64,000 nt of DNA from Defluviitaleaceae bacterium (GTDB lineage Bacteria > Bacillota > Clostridia > Lachnospirales > WRAA01), in NCBI GenBank assembly GCA_009780015.1, contig WRAW01000001.1, positions 14,012-78,011 on the forward strand, in the 5' to 3' direction. A program made the translations under genes and the position numbers. The notes beneath the pieces are model-generated. The model was not told the origin of the DNA. It saw nothing but the letters and a program-made list of their open reading frames with translations, and did no database searches. Positions 38,676 to 48,150 of this stretch are shown here, piece by piece (position 1 is the stretch's first letter; each line of letters starts with the position of its first letter).

Positions 38676-39590
38676 TTATTTCTGAACGGACTTGAAGTAG
38701 GAGCCGATCATCATTAGAGCAGTGATAGTAACAACAACTACTACCAGCCATATTAACAGGCCCATTTGGAACACGCCGCGGAAGAACTGGAATGCCAAGA
38801 AAACTCCCGGAAGGCCAAGCAAACCAATAGCTAAGGATTGTTTTCTGGCGTACTTACCTTCTTTAACAAACTTAATACCGGCAACGCTCATAAGGAACGC
38901 GCAGGCGCCCATCATTATCGGGAACGCGGCAGGCTGCGACAGACCAAGCAGGAATACCAACGCCATGGCAGGTGAGTACAGGCCGACGCCCGCTGTCATT
39001 AACGCGCCCAGTATAAAGAAACCAACAACACCAATAACGAAATTAACGCCTGAGAGACCTAATGTACCTTCACCCGGAGGCAGCCATCCAATTATACCAA
39101 GGTTTCTGCCGGCCATCGCAGCGGCGACAAGGATTAGCGCGACTCCCACAATAAGCTGTATTTTATTTCTGTCGAATTTAACAACAACACCGGCGCCAAG
39201 CCAAGCGCCAACAACAGAAGCGCCTATAAGGGAAATTAACGTAACAAAGTCAACCTCAACATAGCCGATGTACAAAAATGACATAAATACAACCGGTAAT
39301 GTGTGAGCAACGTTAAGCGTACCGGGTATTACACCAACGTCTACTACTTTTGTAGCTTTAAAAGCGAAAGTTGTAGGCGCAAAAGAACCTATGCCCAAAG
39401 TATCAAAAAAGTTGGTTATAAAGCCGATAAAGCCGGATATGGCAACATTATTCTTAATCTCTTTACCTTCGTCGCCTAATACTTTCTCATCTTTGTGAGC
39501 CACAACGTCCTTAATAAAGACATACGCATAAATTGCTGCTAAAATACCCATCAATACTAATAAAACGGTAATTGGATCCATGAATCTCAT
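38676..39590 (-). CDS. TauE/SafE (DUF81) family permease
   Basis: 304 aa with about 8 TM segments. Internally duplicated glycine-rich helices are typical of DUF81. It is the last gene of the prd transcription unit. Confidence 0.75.
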   Translation of the reverse strand: MRFMDPITVLLVLMGILAAIYAYVFIKDVVAHKDEKVLGDEGKEIKNNVAISGFIGFITNFFDTLGIGSFAPTTFAFKATKVVDVGVIPGTLNVAHTLPVVFMSFLYIGYVEVDFVTLISLIGASVVGAWLGAGVVVKFDRNKIQLIVGVALILVAAAMAGRNLGIIGWLPPGEGTLGLSGVNFVIGVVGFFILGALMTAGVGLYSPAMALVFLLGLSQPAAFPIMMGACAFLMSVAGIKFVKEGKYARKQSLAIGLLGLPGVFLAFQFFRGVFQMGLLIWLVVVVVTITALMMIGSYFKSVQK

Positions 39591-39610
39591 CCTCCTAAAG
39601 TATATATTTT

Positions 39611-40615
39611 TTATAGAACAAAGCCATACTTGACAGGATCCCTGTCGTCAATAATAAACGTGTTAAAGCCTGTTATGTAGGCCGACCCGGTTATTTCGGG
39701 AGTAACAGCGTCAAAGTCTCCTGCTTTTGTAATGCCAAGAATCTTGCCCTTGAAAAGAGTGCCTAATATGCTTTCATATACAAAGGGTTCTCCTTCTTTC
39801 AGCTTGCCCTTGGCATACAAGGCTGCCATTTTTGCGCTTGTGCCGGTTCCGCACGGAGAGCGGTCAACCTGGCCGTCGCCAAAAATAACCACGTTCTTAT
39901 AATCGGCGTCCGGGTGGGTAGGCTCGCCATAAATCTCCACAAGATCGCATGTCTTGATGTGGCTAAGATATGGGTGACGCATTTCCACCTGTTGGTTTAC
40001 GCAGTCTCTGATTTTCAGAGCCAGTTGCATAAGTTCGGTCACGTTCTTCGGCAAAATATCAATTCCCAAGTTTTTTGCGTCTACAAGAGCAAAGAACGAA
40101 CCTCCGAAGGATATGTCCAAGGTAAGCTTGCCAAGCCCGGGAACGTCTACCGTGACGCCCTCCTTGTAAAGAAACGACGGGACATTGACAATCGAAACCT
40201 CTTCCACTTTTTCTCCCGACACTTTTACTTGAGCCTTAATAAGTCCGGCGGGGGTATCCATAATAACATCGGTAACAGGTTCTTTCGCTTTGACAATACC
40301 TGTTTCGACAGCAACGGTAGCCGCTCCTATCGACCCGTGGCCACACATATTAAGATATCCACCTCCGTCCATAAAAATTATGCCAAAATCTGCTTCTTGA
40401 CTGCATGGCTGGGTTATGATGGAACCAAACATGTCACGGTGGCCTCTTGGTTCGTTCATAAGGGCGGTTCTGAGATAGTCCATTTCGTCAATAAGATACT
40501 GCTTTTTTTCGGCCATGGTGTTTCCTTTGATATTGGGGATTCCTCCCGTAATAATTCTTGTCGGTTCCCCCATTGTATGGCTATCGATGGCATTAATTAC
40601 CCTCGAGATTTTCAA
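39611..40615 (-). CDS. prdF: proline racemase
   Basis: MKISRVINAIDSHTMGEPTRI, NMCGHGSIG and DRSPCGTGTSA (the two catalytic Cys contexts). The TTG start overlaps the prdE stop. Confidence 0.95.
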   Translation of the reverse strand: MKISRVINAIDSHTMGEPTRIITGGIPNIKGNTMAEKKQYLIDEMDYLRTALMNEPRGHRDMFGSIITQPCSQEADFGIIFMDGGGYLNMCGHGSIGAATVAVETGIVKAKEPVTDVIMDTPAGLIKAQVKVSGEKVEEVSIVNVPSFLYKEGVTVDVPGLGKLTLDISFGGSFFALVDAKNLGIDILPKNVTELMQLALKIRDCVNQQVEMRHPYLSHIKTCDLVEIYGEPTHPDADYKNVVIFGDGQVDRSPCGTGTSAKMAALYAKGKLKEGEPFVYESILGTLFKGKILGITKAGDFDAVTPEITGSAYITGFNTFIIDDRDPVKYGFVL

Positions 40616-41085
40616 CTGCTTTCACCCTTCCGTATTTTTAGCTTTAAAAAGGCCAAAGCTTTTCTCGCGTCCAATTGCGTAATATTGTTTTCACCTACGA
40701 CTTGGGTCTCTATCCCTTCCGCGGATTTATTAAAATCTATGATGCAATCCATGTACTTATTCGTAACAACAAATTGAGCAATCGTACCAATAAAGTTAAG
40801 GCCTACTATCGGAATGCCTCTCTTGCCTACCTCTTCGATGGTGTTCGCAAAATCAATATCATTATTGCCCCACCCGTCACAAGATATTATTGCGCCGTCC
40901 ACACGCATGGCTTCAAGCCACGCGGCAACTCTGCCCCCGACAAAGTGCTTCATTCTATTGTCCTGGGGAGTGCCTACGACTATAATGCCGACAAAGTCGA
41001 TATCACTGTCGTTCGACAACACGCTGACAAGAGGATCCCTGAAATGGTGAAGCGATGTTTCCTTTGTTGACGGACCAAGTCCCAT
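40612..41085 (-). CDS. prdE: proline reductase cluster protein PrdE (PrdA C-terminal homologue)
   Basis: 157 aa. It parallels the PrdA C-terminus: HHFRDPLV.. vs HYFREPLV.., DFVGIIVVGTPQ vs DFVGVIFVGSPQ, GWGNNDIDFA vs GFGNNHIDFA. Confidence 0.85.
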   Translation of the reverse strand: MGLGPSTKETSLHHFRDPLVSVLSNDSDIDFVGIIVVGTPQDNRMKHFVGGRVAAWLEAMRVDGAIISCDGWGNNDIDFANTIEEVGKRGIPIVGLNFIGTIAQFVVTNKYMDCIIDFNKSAEGIETQVVGENNITQLDARKALAFLKLKIRKGESS

Positions 41086-41140
41086 TCAACCATCACCTCC
41101 TTAATATGATACCTCCTTTGCGTGACCTTATTCTTGAAGT

Positions 41141-41899
41141 TTAATCCATGGCTCTTATGGCGCCGTCGCGGTACTCGTTCGGGGACAGTATTAGCGGGAC
41201 GTTCTGCACGTCTATGATCGATATGCCGCCGTCGTAACCGCTGGGCTCGTCCGGGAAAAGGAGGTTGTCATACATTGCGCCCTGCCCGGACACTTGCTTG
41301 ATAAGAGCGACCTTCTTCTTGCCTGTGCCCGCCCTGTCGAAAAACTCGTGGATTTCGCCGGCTTCACCGGCCTCGTTAGTCTTCATCGCCTCTCTTATGG
41401 TCTGCATGAAGCGGTCACAAGACCGGAACGCCGCCGTGGGAAGCGCTCTGTTGAAAGGCTGCCCGCCTTTCAACAGGACGTCCACATGTATGATAAAATC
41501 TGTTTCCGCCGGTGTGCCGGCCCTACCGAAAATTATGTGTTCCGCCAGTATGCCTTCGGAAGAGCCGAACTCGTGCATTTGCCTGCCGTCTTGGTCACAC
41601 CCTGTCAGCACGACCACAGCGCCCGTAAGGGTGTGGGTTATGCCTTCGCCCAGCCTGCCCAAAACCTTGGTGGATACCGGGATGATATCCATTATCGTAT
41701 TCGTCTCGACCCTGGTTTCTCCGGGCTTTATGACAGAAACGGTCATATCTATGACCAGTTCCTCTCCGGCGATGATTTCGGACAGTATTTCCCTGGAAAT
41801 ATTCAAGGTACTCCCTTTGACGGACGCCTTCTTCGCAAACTCTACGTTTGTGATATGGAAGGCTCTGATAACCAAGCGCCGCAGCACATCGTTCATCAT
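41141..41899 (-). CDS. prdD: proline reductase cluster protein PrdD (PrdA N-terminal-half homologue)
   Basis: It parallels the PrdA middle region: HEFGSSEG vs GEFGSSEG, QGAMYDNLLFP vs QGAMHDNLILP. The ATG at 41899 follows AAGGGTG. Confidence 0.85.
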   Translation of the reverse strand: MMNDVLRRLVIRAFHITNVEFAKKASVKGSTLNISREILSEIIAGEELVIDMTVSVIKPGETRVETNTIMDIIPVSTKVLGRLGEGITHTLTGAVVVLTGCDQDGRQMHEFGSSEGILAEHIIFGRAGTPAETDFIIHVDVLLKGGQPFNRALPTAAFRSCDRFMQTIREAMKTNEAGEAGEIHEFFDRAGTGKKKVALIKQVSGQGAMYDNLLFPDEPSGYDGGISIIDVQNVPLILSPNEYRDGAIRAMD

Positions 41900-41929
41900 C
41901 AAACACACCCTTGGAGTTTCCGCGCGAAC

Positions 41930-42655
41930 TTAGATTTGCGCGTGATATTGGAACGGCAACGGAACGGTAGTGCCCGGATCTTTGATCTCGACCAGCTGTT
42001 TCAAAGACTCTCTTAAAATGTCTCTCTGCATGTCATTGTCATGGGGCGCGCCTGCGTTTGCGCCCATGGGAACCAATGGGGCGACGGCTCTTGGCGACCC
42101 GTTCTGACGTGTTACAGGAGGAAGCGCCGTAATGATGATTGTGGGAATACCTGCTTGTTCTATAGCCCTCTGCACGATCGCGGCAGTTCTATGACAAGTC
42201 CCTCAGCCGCCGGTCAAAACAACGGCGTCAACATTTTCTTCCTTGAGAAGCTCGGCGATTTTCGGGCCGGTCTCGTTTGTGAAAACTTCCTGATTTCCGC
42301 CGCCTCCCATAAAGGCGTAGTGCAGCGGCGCGGCGGCCTTTATAAAGCCTTCTTCAACCAGCTCGGTCAGCCTGTCAACAGGGAACATGCAGTTGATGTC
42401 CTTGTTAACGTCGGCGTTGTCGTATCCTCCGTGGGATACCATCATGTTCTCCGTTCCCGAATCATGTGGAACAACTCTGTAGGTTGTATCACCCGCCAGA
42501 TTAAACCTTGTGTCCTTCTTCAAGTGAACACCGGCGGCTGTCGCCAGAGCCACCGTCATGTCCTTCAGTTCCTTGGTAACAGGCGCCCACACGGGCGGCG
42601 GTGTAATTGGCACGTAAATTTCTGATTGAAGTCCTTTTACTGCTGTCAAGCTCAT
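41930..42655 (-). CDS. prdB: D-proline reductase subunit PrdB, selenoprotein (UGA at 42203..42205 read as Sec)
   Basis: ORF-track pieces 42203..42655 and 41930..42175 are in the same frame and separated only by TGA. The context is VVLTGG-U-GTCHRTAAIVQRAIEQAGIP. The 726 nt total gives 241 aa. Confidence 0.93.
42154..42198 (-). promoter_or_regulatory. candidate bacterial SECIS hairpin for prdB
   Basis: It starts 4 nt after the UGA: cuugu-c-auag-aa-cugc-cgcgaucgu-gcag-aggg-cuau-aga-acaag. Confidence 0.5.
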
Positions 42656-42657
42656 TA

Positions 42658-42936
42658 TTAATACTCCTTTCGTCTTATTTCTTCTTTGCGTCTGCTTGTT
42701 TCCTGCAGTGTCCGCACATATGCTTCGTCAGGCTCGGCGCTTAAAACTTCCGGGTAAGTCATAAGAAAACCGACGGTTTGACCCACCTGCAACGGATAAT
42801 CGGTTATTACCATCCTAAGAGGCAGCTTCATCTGCCCCAGCCTGCCCTTGATGTCAATTGTGACAGACCCGGCGGTTACTTCCACCAAGATTCCTTCGTA
42901 CATTTGTTCCGATGAAATATATTTGAGTTTATTCAT
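42658..42936 (-). CDS. small conserved prd-operon protein (between prdA and prdB)
   Basis: 92 aa. The position equals the small ORF that I recall between prdA and prdB in clostridial prd operons. There is tight spacing on both sides. Confidence 0.65.
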   Translation of the reverse strand: MNKLKYISSEQMYEGILVEVTAGSVTIDIKGRLGQMKLPLRMVITDYPLQVGQTVGFLMTYPEVLSAEPDEAYVRTLQETSRRKEEIRRKEY

Positions 42937-42950
42937 ATTGTACCGTCATA

Positions 42951-44834
42951 TTATTCCTTCTCGTAAACGGTTTCTCTCTTCTTGCTCTTGGGCAGAGACT
43001 GCTCGTTGTCGACAAGCTCGATCTTCTTGCCTGTAGCTTTCTCAATGGCCTCAATGTTGCTGAGCTTGACGTTTGAGTTCCACTTCTTTTCGGCCGCCTT
43101 AACATCTTCGCCCGACAACGCCGCTCTGAGCATGTACAGCGAACGAATGGCGTCTTCCTGCGTAAGGGTATTGTTGCATAAGATTTCGTTCTCAATGCCC
43201 TGCTTGGACTTGTTGTTGTCGATCATGTACTTCATGTACTTGTTTCCTACAACAAGAGCCCCTTGCACCGCCGAGTAAGAAACGCCCACAACCTTTACGC
43301 CGCGTTCGCCGATTTGTTCGATGTGGGACGCGAAGTCTATATGGTTGTTGCCGAAACCTTCGGTGGTAACAATGGCGCAGTCTACGTCCATGGCTTCAAC
43401 CATCATGCCGAGCCGCTTGGAAACATAGAATTTCTCAGAGTTAGCCTGGGGCGAACCTACGAAGATAACCCCAACAAAGTCAAAATCCTCGTCCTTCATC
43501 GCTTCCAGGACAAGAGGTTCGCGGAAGTAATGCCTGGAATTTTCCTTGGAAGCCGGGCCGATGCAAGTCAAAGCGTGGATTCCGCCGTCCAGCACTTCCA
43601 GAGGGGACAGCATGACGGGCAGATTTCCAAGATCGACGTTTGGCTTTGCGCCAAGAGTTCCGACAGGCTCCACGGGAAGGATAAGGTTGTCATGCATTGC
43701 GCCTTGACCCATGATTTCCTTGACCACTACGACCTTGGCCTTACCCGGCCTTCTTACCTGAGCAAATTCCTCTTCGCGGGCGCAAAGGGAAGAGTCGGCC
43801 TTTTTCAGCGCCTTCCTGATTTCTTCCGTGATATAGTCGGAAGCCTTGTGGGCGGCGAGAGGACCCGGTCTTTCCATGTTTGCTCCGGCCTTGATAGTAA
43901 CTTGGGTCTTGATAAGAATTTCGCCTCTGTCGGGCGCGCCGGGGCGTCCCCACATGATGTTGCGATCCATTTCGCCTTCGGAGGAACCGAATTCGCCGAT
44001 CTGTACTCCATTCGCATCGGTTCCGGTAAGAACAAATACGACGCCGTCCATTACTCTTGTGACACCATGTCCGAGTTCGCCTTCTTCCTTGCAGGCAATA
44101 GGCTGAACGTCCATGATCGTTTCAGAGTACTGGCCATACTTATCAGGAGTTATGATCTCAAGCTTGACATCTACAACAAGGTCTTCCGAATCCTTAGCTT
44201 CCTTGCAAAGCTGTTCGGGCTTGCGAAGGGTAAGGGTTGTGCCTTGAATCTTGGTCTCGTCTCCGAACACAATCTCATTTACCTTGAAGTACTTGCGCTT
44301 CAGGGTTCTGACTACCTTTGCGGCGACGGGAGCGCTTTGTCCGGCTGCCCCGGCTGCTGAGGAAGCCAAACCCGCTTGAATCGCCGCGCCCGCAGGCGCA
44401 GCCGCCGAAGGAGCCACGGAGTAAGCTACGGGTATTTCAAGCTTGATATCCTTACCTTCGCCAATGTGTATTTTAAGGCTTGGGCCAAAAGCCGCGCCGA
44501 CAGGCGCATGTGAAACAGGCTCGGCCGCTGCTTCCACGACAGGAGCCACGGGCGCAGCCGAAACGCTGTTGGCGGCGGCTCCGGCCGCGAGCTCTACATG
44601 CTCGGCCGTCATGGGAGTCAGGGCGTCAATTGTTTTGATAAGCTTCGCGCCTAAAACCTGACCAATGGTGTAACAATCGCCCGGAATCTTCAAAAGACCG
44701 GAATCTTCAAGGTCAGAAAAAATTGCGGGGTCTTCCAAGTGCGACACTTCAATAGTAGCACCGGCCTCAAACCGGCAGCAACTCACAGCAAAGTCATTAG
44801 CGTGCTCTTTTGCTGTTTCAGCGCTGATAGACAT
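42951..44834 (-). CDS. prdA: D-proline reductase proprotein PrdA
   Basis: 627 aa with an Ala/Pro-rich linker. The HALTCIGPASK region is the expected processing (pyruvoyl-forming) Cys context. The C-terminal domain is homologous to PrdE. Confidence 0.93.
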   Translation of the reverse strand: MSISAETAKEHANDFAVSCCRFEAGATIEVSHLEDPAIFSDLEDSGLLKIPGDCYTIGQVLGAKLIKTIDALTPMTAEHVELAAGAAANSVSAAPVAPVVEAAAEPVSHAPVGAAFGPSLKIHIGEGKDIKLEIPVAYSVAPSAAAPAGAAIQAGLASSAAGAAGQSAPVAAKVVRTLKRKYFKVNEIVFGDETKIQGTTLTLRKPEQLCKEAKDSEDLVVDVKLEIITPDKYGQYSETIMDVQPIACKEEGELGHGVTRVMDGVVFVLTGTDANGVQIGEFGSSEGEMDRNIMWGRPGAPDRGEILIKTQVTIKAGANMERPGPLAAHKASDYITEEIRKALKKADSSLCAREEEFAQVRRPGKAKVVVVKEIMGQGAMHDNLILPVEPVGTLGAKPNVDLGNLPVMLSPLEVLDGGIHALTCIGPASKENSRHYFREPLVLEAMKDEDFDFVGVIFVGSPQANSEKFYVSKRLGMMVEAMDVDCAIVTTEGFGNNHIDFASHIEQIGERGVKVVGVSYSAVQGALVVGNKYMKYMIDNNKSKQGIENEILCNNTLTQEDAIRSLYMLRAALSGEDVKAAEKKWNSNVKLSNIEAIEKATGKKIELVDNEQSLPKSKKRETVYEKE

Positions 44835-44865
44835 AAGTTTACCTCCTTAGAAATAGTTTCGAGAT

Positions 44866-46158
44866 TTATTTTAACCTTCTGTAGAGCCTGTGTTTTGCGG
44901 CGCGAAGCACGTGATCCGTCGAGTGGTATACCGGAACTCCCAGCCTGGGAGCTACTTCCATGACCGTATTAGTTCAGTCCTCGCAAGACCCGGCTATAAT
45001 AACTTCGGCGCCTTTTGCCTTGAGTCCAAGAACTTTTTCGGCTTGTCCCGGACAATTGCCCGGTTCCTCGCATCTGAAACGGCCGCCGATTTCTACCATA
45101 CGCTTACACTTTGCCTCGGCGACAACAGTGCCGCCCATTCCCGCGACGATCTCGCCAAGCCTTTCTTCTCCGGCGCCGCACTCGCACGCGAGTACGCCAA
45201 ATTTTCTATGGTCGACCGGAAACGGCATCGCCACGAAAACCCCGCTAAGGATTTTTGTAACGACAGATTCTTCGCTGCCACTTTTCCCGGTAAACGGGCC
45301 GCCCAGCAGTATTTCGCCGTGAGGCTGCAAGTAGCCGCCGCATTCGTCTATATATTTCTTCACAGATGTACCGATTGGCTGATCCAAGTATACGCGACTG
45401 CTGTCCTGAGTGTCCAAAAGCCTTCCCCCGACGGTCAAGTCCTTTGTAATCACCGGCTTGCGAAGCTCAATAGCTTCCGCTATTCTTCTGATGGTTTCCA
45501 CATTGGAAACAATTGCGTTCGCGTCCAGCGGAAGCTGCCCCGGCTTTAAAACCACACCAAGAAGCTCCCGGAGAATAGATCTCTCATCACCGGAAGGATA
45601 TCTGTCGGCAAGATATTTAACCTCTATGTTAGCTTCGCTCTTGCAGGCTTTCGCAATAGCGATAAGCTCGGCGGTATGCTTTGGTTTTATTGCTATATAG
45701 CCCTTTTTTGCGCCTGTCATTTCCATAGCGTACTTGACGCCGCGGACAAGGAGGTCGGGATGCTCTTTAATGACGCTCATGTTGTGTTTCAAAATAGGTT
45801 CGCACTCGGCGGCGTTCAGTATGACGCAACCGCCTTCCAGCTTGGTGTTATACTTGACATGGGTCGGAAAGCCCGCGCCGCCCGCCCCGACAACGCCCGC
45901 TTCCTTGACGGCTTCAAGATACGAGTCTGTCTCCCTGATCTTGATATATTCCTCGGGCTGTTCGGCATCGGGAATTATCCTTACCGCTTTTGCGTCAATC
46001 CCCGCAACCTCTCCGTACACGCTGGAGTGAATATTAGCCCCCAGCCCTTCGCAGACGGCAATCAACTGACCTTTTTTTACCTTGTCGCCAACATTAACCA
46101 GTGGTTTGCCCGGCGTACCAACATGCTGCTTCATTTCTATGCATATATACTCAGGCAT
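44866..46158 (-). CDS. prdC: proline-reductase-associated electron transfer protein PrdC (RnfC-like), probable selenoprotein (UGA at 44974..44976)
   Basis: It has an RnfC-like SLBB/NADH-binding region (GAGGAGFPTHVKY). The ORF track stops at TGA 44974, but the frame continues ..AGSCED-U-TNTVMEVAPRLGVPVYHSTDHVLRAAKHRLYRRLK to TAA at 44866-44868. The ATG at 46158 follows GAGAGGAGG. Confidence 0.85.
44933..44959 (-). promoter_or_regulatory. candidate SECIS hairpin for prdC
   Basis: ggaa-guag-cuccca-ggc-ugggag-uucc, beginning 14 nt after the UGA. Confidence 0.45.
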
Positions 46159-46520
46159 ATTTCGCCTCCTCTCAGGTTCTTGTTGCAAATAATACTAGTT
46201 TCTTTGCTTAAATCCACCAAGATGTGAAAAATTTGTCGTTATAATAATAACATATTCAGAATCACTTGGCAAGCTTTTTTGAATCCATCCCAATTTGGCA
46301 TTTAATGTATTAGTTAGAAATTTAAAGGAAACAATATAGTCACCGCCTCTATATATCTATTTTTACCGATAACAGGCGAAAAATAGCTCTTAACAGCTGA
46401 CAGTTGATACCAGCAGCGATAGCATTGGATTGATTGCGACCAATATTGTATGTATTGGCACAACGCAATAAACGTAAAGCAAATTTTCGTGAACTTTATA
46501 CAATTTTTTTCTGGCCGAAC

Positions 46521-46549
46521 TTGACAATAAAATGTCAGATATGTATAAT
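46521..46549 (+). promoter_or_regulatory. consensus sigma-A type promoter for proS
   Basis: TTGACA (46521-46526), a 17-nt spacer, then TATAAT (46544-46549). It lies about 75 nt upstream of the proS ATG. Confidence 0.75.
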
Positions 46550-46626
46550 CGTACTTGTCAGGCGAAATGAAGGTTTTTAGAACCTGTATTGAGTTCGCTA
46601 ATCCATATCAAAAGGGATGAATTTTT

Positions 46627-48072
46627 ATGCTGAACGACAAGAATGACAATAAGAAGGTTCTGGCGATAACGTCGCGCGAAGAGGATTTTGCGCGCTGGTA
46701 CACCGACATCGTCATAAAGGCGGAGCTTGCGGACTATTCGACTGTCAAGGGCTGCATAGTCTACAGGCCGCTGGGGTACGCCATATGGGAAATGATACAG
46801 GCGGCGTTTGACAAAATGATAAAGGACACCGGGCATCACAATGTTTACATGCCCATGCTCATACCCGAGTCCCTGCTGCAAAAGGAGGCCGAGCACGTCG
46901 AGGGCTTCGCCCCGGAGGTCGCGTGGGTAACGCACGGCGGCCACGAAAAGCTGGCCGAGCGCCTGTGTATCCGCCCGACGTCCGAGACTCTGTTCTGCGA
47001 CCACTACGCGAAGGTAATCCAGTCGCACAGGGATCTGCCGAAGCTCTACAACCAGTGGTGCAGCGTATGCCGCTGGGAAAAGACAACGCGCCCGTTCCTT
47101 CGCGGCAGCGAATTCCTGTGGCAGGAGGGTCACACGGCACATGCCACTTATGACGAGGCTCAAACCGAAACTCTGATGATCCTGGATTTTTATGAGGATG
47201 TATGCCGTGACTTTCTCGCCATACCCGTTATAAAAGGCCAGAAAACCGACCGGGAAAGATTCGCCGGAGCAAAGGCGACCTATACCATCGAGAGCCTTAT
47301 GAACGACGGCAAGTCGCTCCAGTCCGGCACAAGCCACAACTTCTCGGACGGCTTTGCCAGAGCGTTCGACATAAAATTCACCGACAAAAACAACGAGATA
47401 CAATATGTTTATCAGACCTCGTGGGGAATGTCAACCAGAACTATCGGCGCGTTGATAATGGTACACGGTGACGATAACGGTCTTGTACTGCCTCCAAAGG
47501 TCGCGCCGACCCAGGTTGTTATAATACCGGTCGCATCTCATAAAGAAGGCGTCATGGAACAATGTGTCCGGCTTAAATCACAGCTTTCATCAAAGTTCCG
47601 CGTAGTCTTGGACGACTCGGACAAGTCGCCGGGCTGGAAGTTCGCCGAACACGAGATGAAGGGCGTACCCCTCCGCCTGGAACTTGGGCCTAAAGACATC
47701 GAAAGCGGCCAGGTCACGCTTGTCCGCCGCGACAATTCCGAGAAATGCACCGTTGCGCTGGACGAAGTCTCTTCCGCGATTGAAAAGCTGCTGGACAAGA
47801 TACAGTCCGACATGCTGCAGCGCGCAATCGAACACAAGACCGCCAACACCAGGGTAGCCAATACCTATGAGGAACTGGCCGCCATCGCCGAGCAGCACGC
47901 CGGATTCATAAAGGCCATGTGGTGCGGCAGCGGCGAGTGCGAGTTAAATATAAAGAACGACCTTGGCGTAACCGCGCGCTGCATACCGTTCGAGCAGGAA
48001 CAGCTCGGCTCGAAATGCATAGCGTGTGACGAGGCGGCCAAGCAACTGGTGATTTGGGGTAAATCTTACTAG
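46627..48072 (+). CDS. proS: proline--tRNA ligase, archaeal/eukaryal type (no INS editing domain)
   Basis: 481 aa. [59 protein letters not shown] and [26 protein letters not shown], plus the C-terminal Zn-type domain ending ..IWGKSY. Confidence 0.93.
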   Translation: MLNDKNDNKKVLAITSREEDFARWYTDIVIKAELADYSTVKGCIVYRPLGYAIWEMIQAAFDKMIKDTGHHNVYMPMLIPESLLQKEAEHVEGFAPEVAWVTHGGHEKLAERLCIRPTSETLFCDHYAKVIQSHRDLPKLYNQWCSVCRWEKTTRPFLRGSEFLWQEGHTAHATYDEAQTETLMILDFYEDVCRDFLAIPVIKGQKTDRERFAGAKATYTIESLMNDGKSLQSGTSHNFSDGFARAFDIKFTDKNNEIQYVYQTSWGMSTRTIGALIMVHGDDNGLVLPPKVAPTQVVIIPVASHKEGVMEQCVRLKSQLSSKFRVVLDDSDKSPGWKFAEHEMKGVPLRLELGPKDIESGQVTLVRRDNSEKCTVALDEVSSAIEKLLDKIQSDMLQRAIEHKTANTRVANTYEELAAIAEQHAGFIKAMWCGSGECELNIKNDLGVTARCIPFEQEQLGSKCIACDEAAKQLVIWGKSY

Positions 48073-48092
48073 GATTATAATTTTTAGCGACA

Positions 48093-48135
48093 AAATAGCC
48101 GTCAGCACAACAAGAGCTTGCTGGCGGCTATTTTC
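48093..48135. terminator. bidirectional hairpin between proS and mobAB
   Basis: aaaatagccgtcagca-caacaagagct-tgctggcggctatttt. Confidence 0.7.
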
Positions 48136-48150
48136 AGTTGAGCATATTTG

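Noticed and set aside
41930-42655. prdB as a disrupted pseudogene
   Set aside because: The single in-frame TGA falls in the expected selenocysteine context, a downstream hairpin is present, and selB is nearby. Both halves are otherwise intact.
46189-46520. Sigma-54 (-24/-12) promoter for the prd operon
   Set aside because: Candidates such as TTGGCACAACGCAATAA and TTGGTGGATTTAAGCAAA have the wrong spacing or lack the TTGC element, and no prdR is present. I cannot exclude a divergent site without a matrix scan.
46189-46626. T-box leader upstream of either ProRS gene (also checked 38399..38675)
   Set aside because: No specifier-loop/T-box (GGUGGNACCGCG-like) sequence or terminator/antiterminator pair was found. 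The proS leader from the consensus promoter is only about 75 nt.
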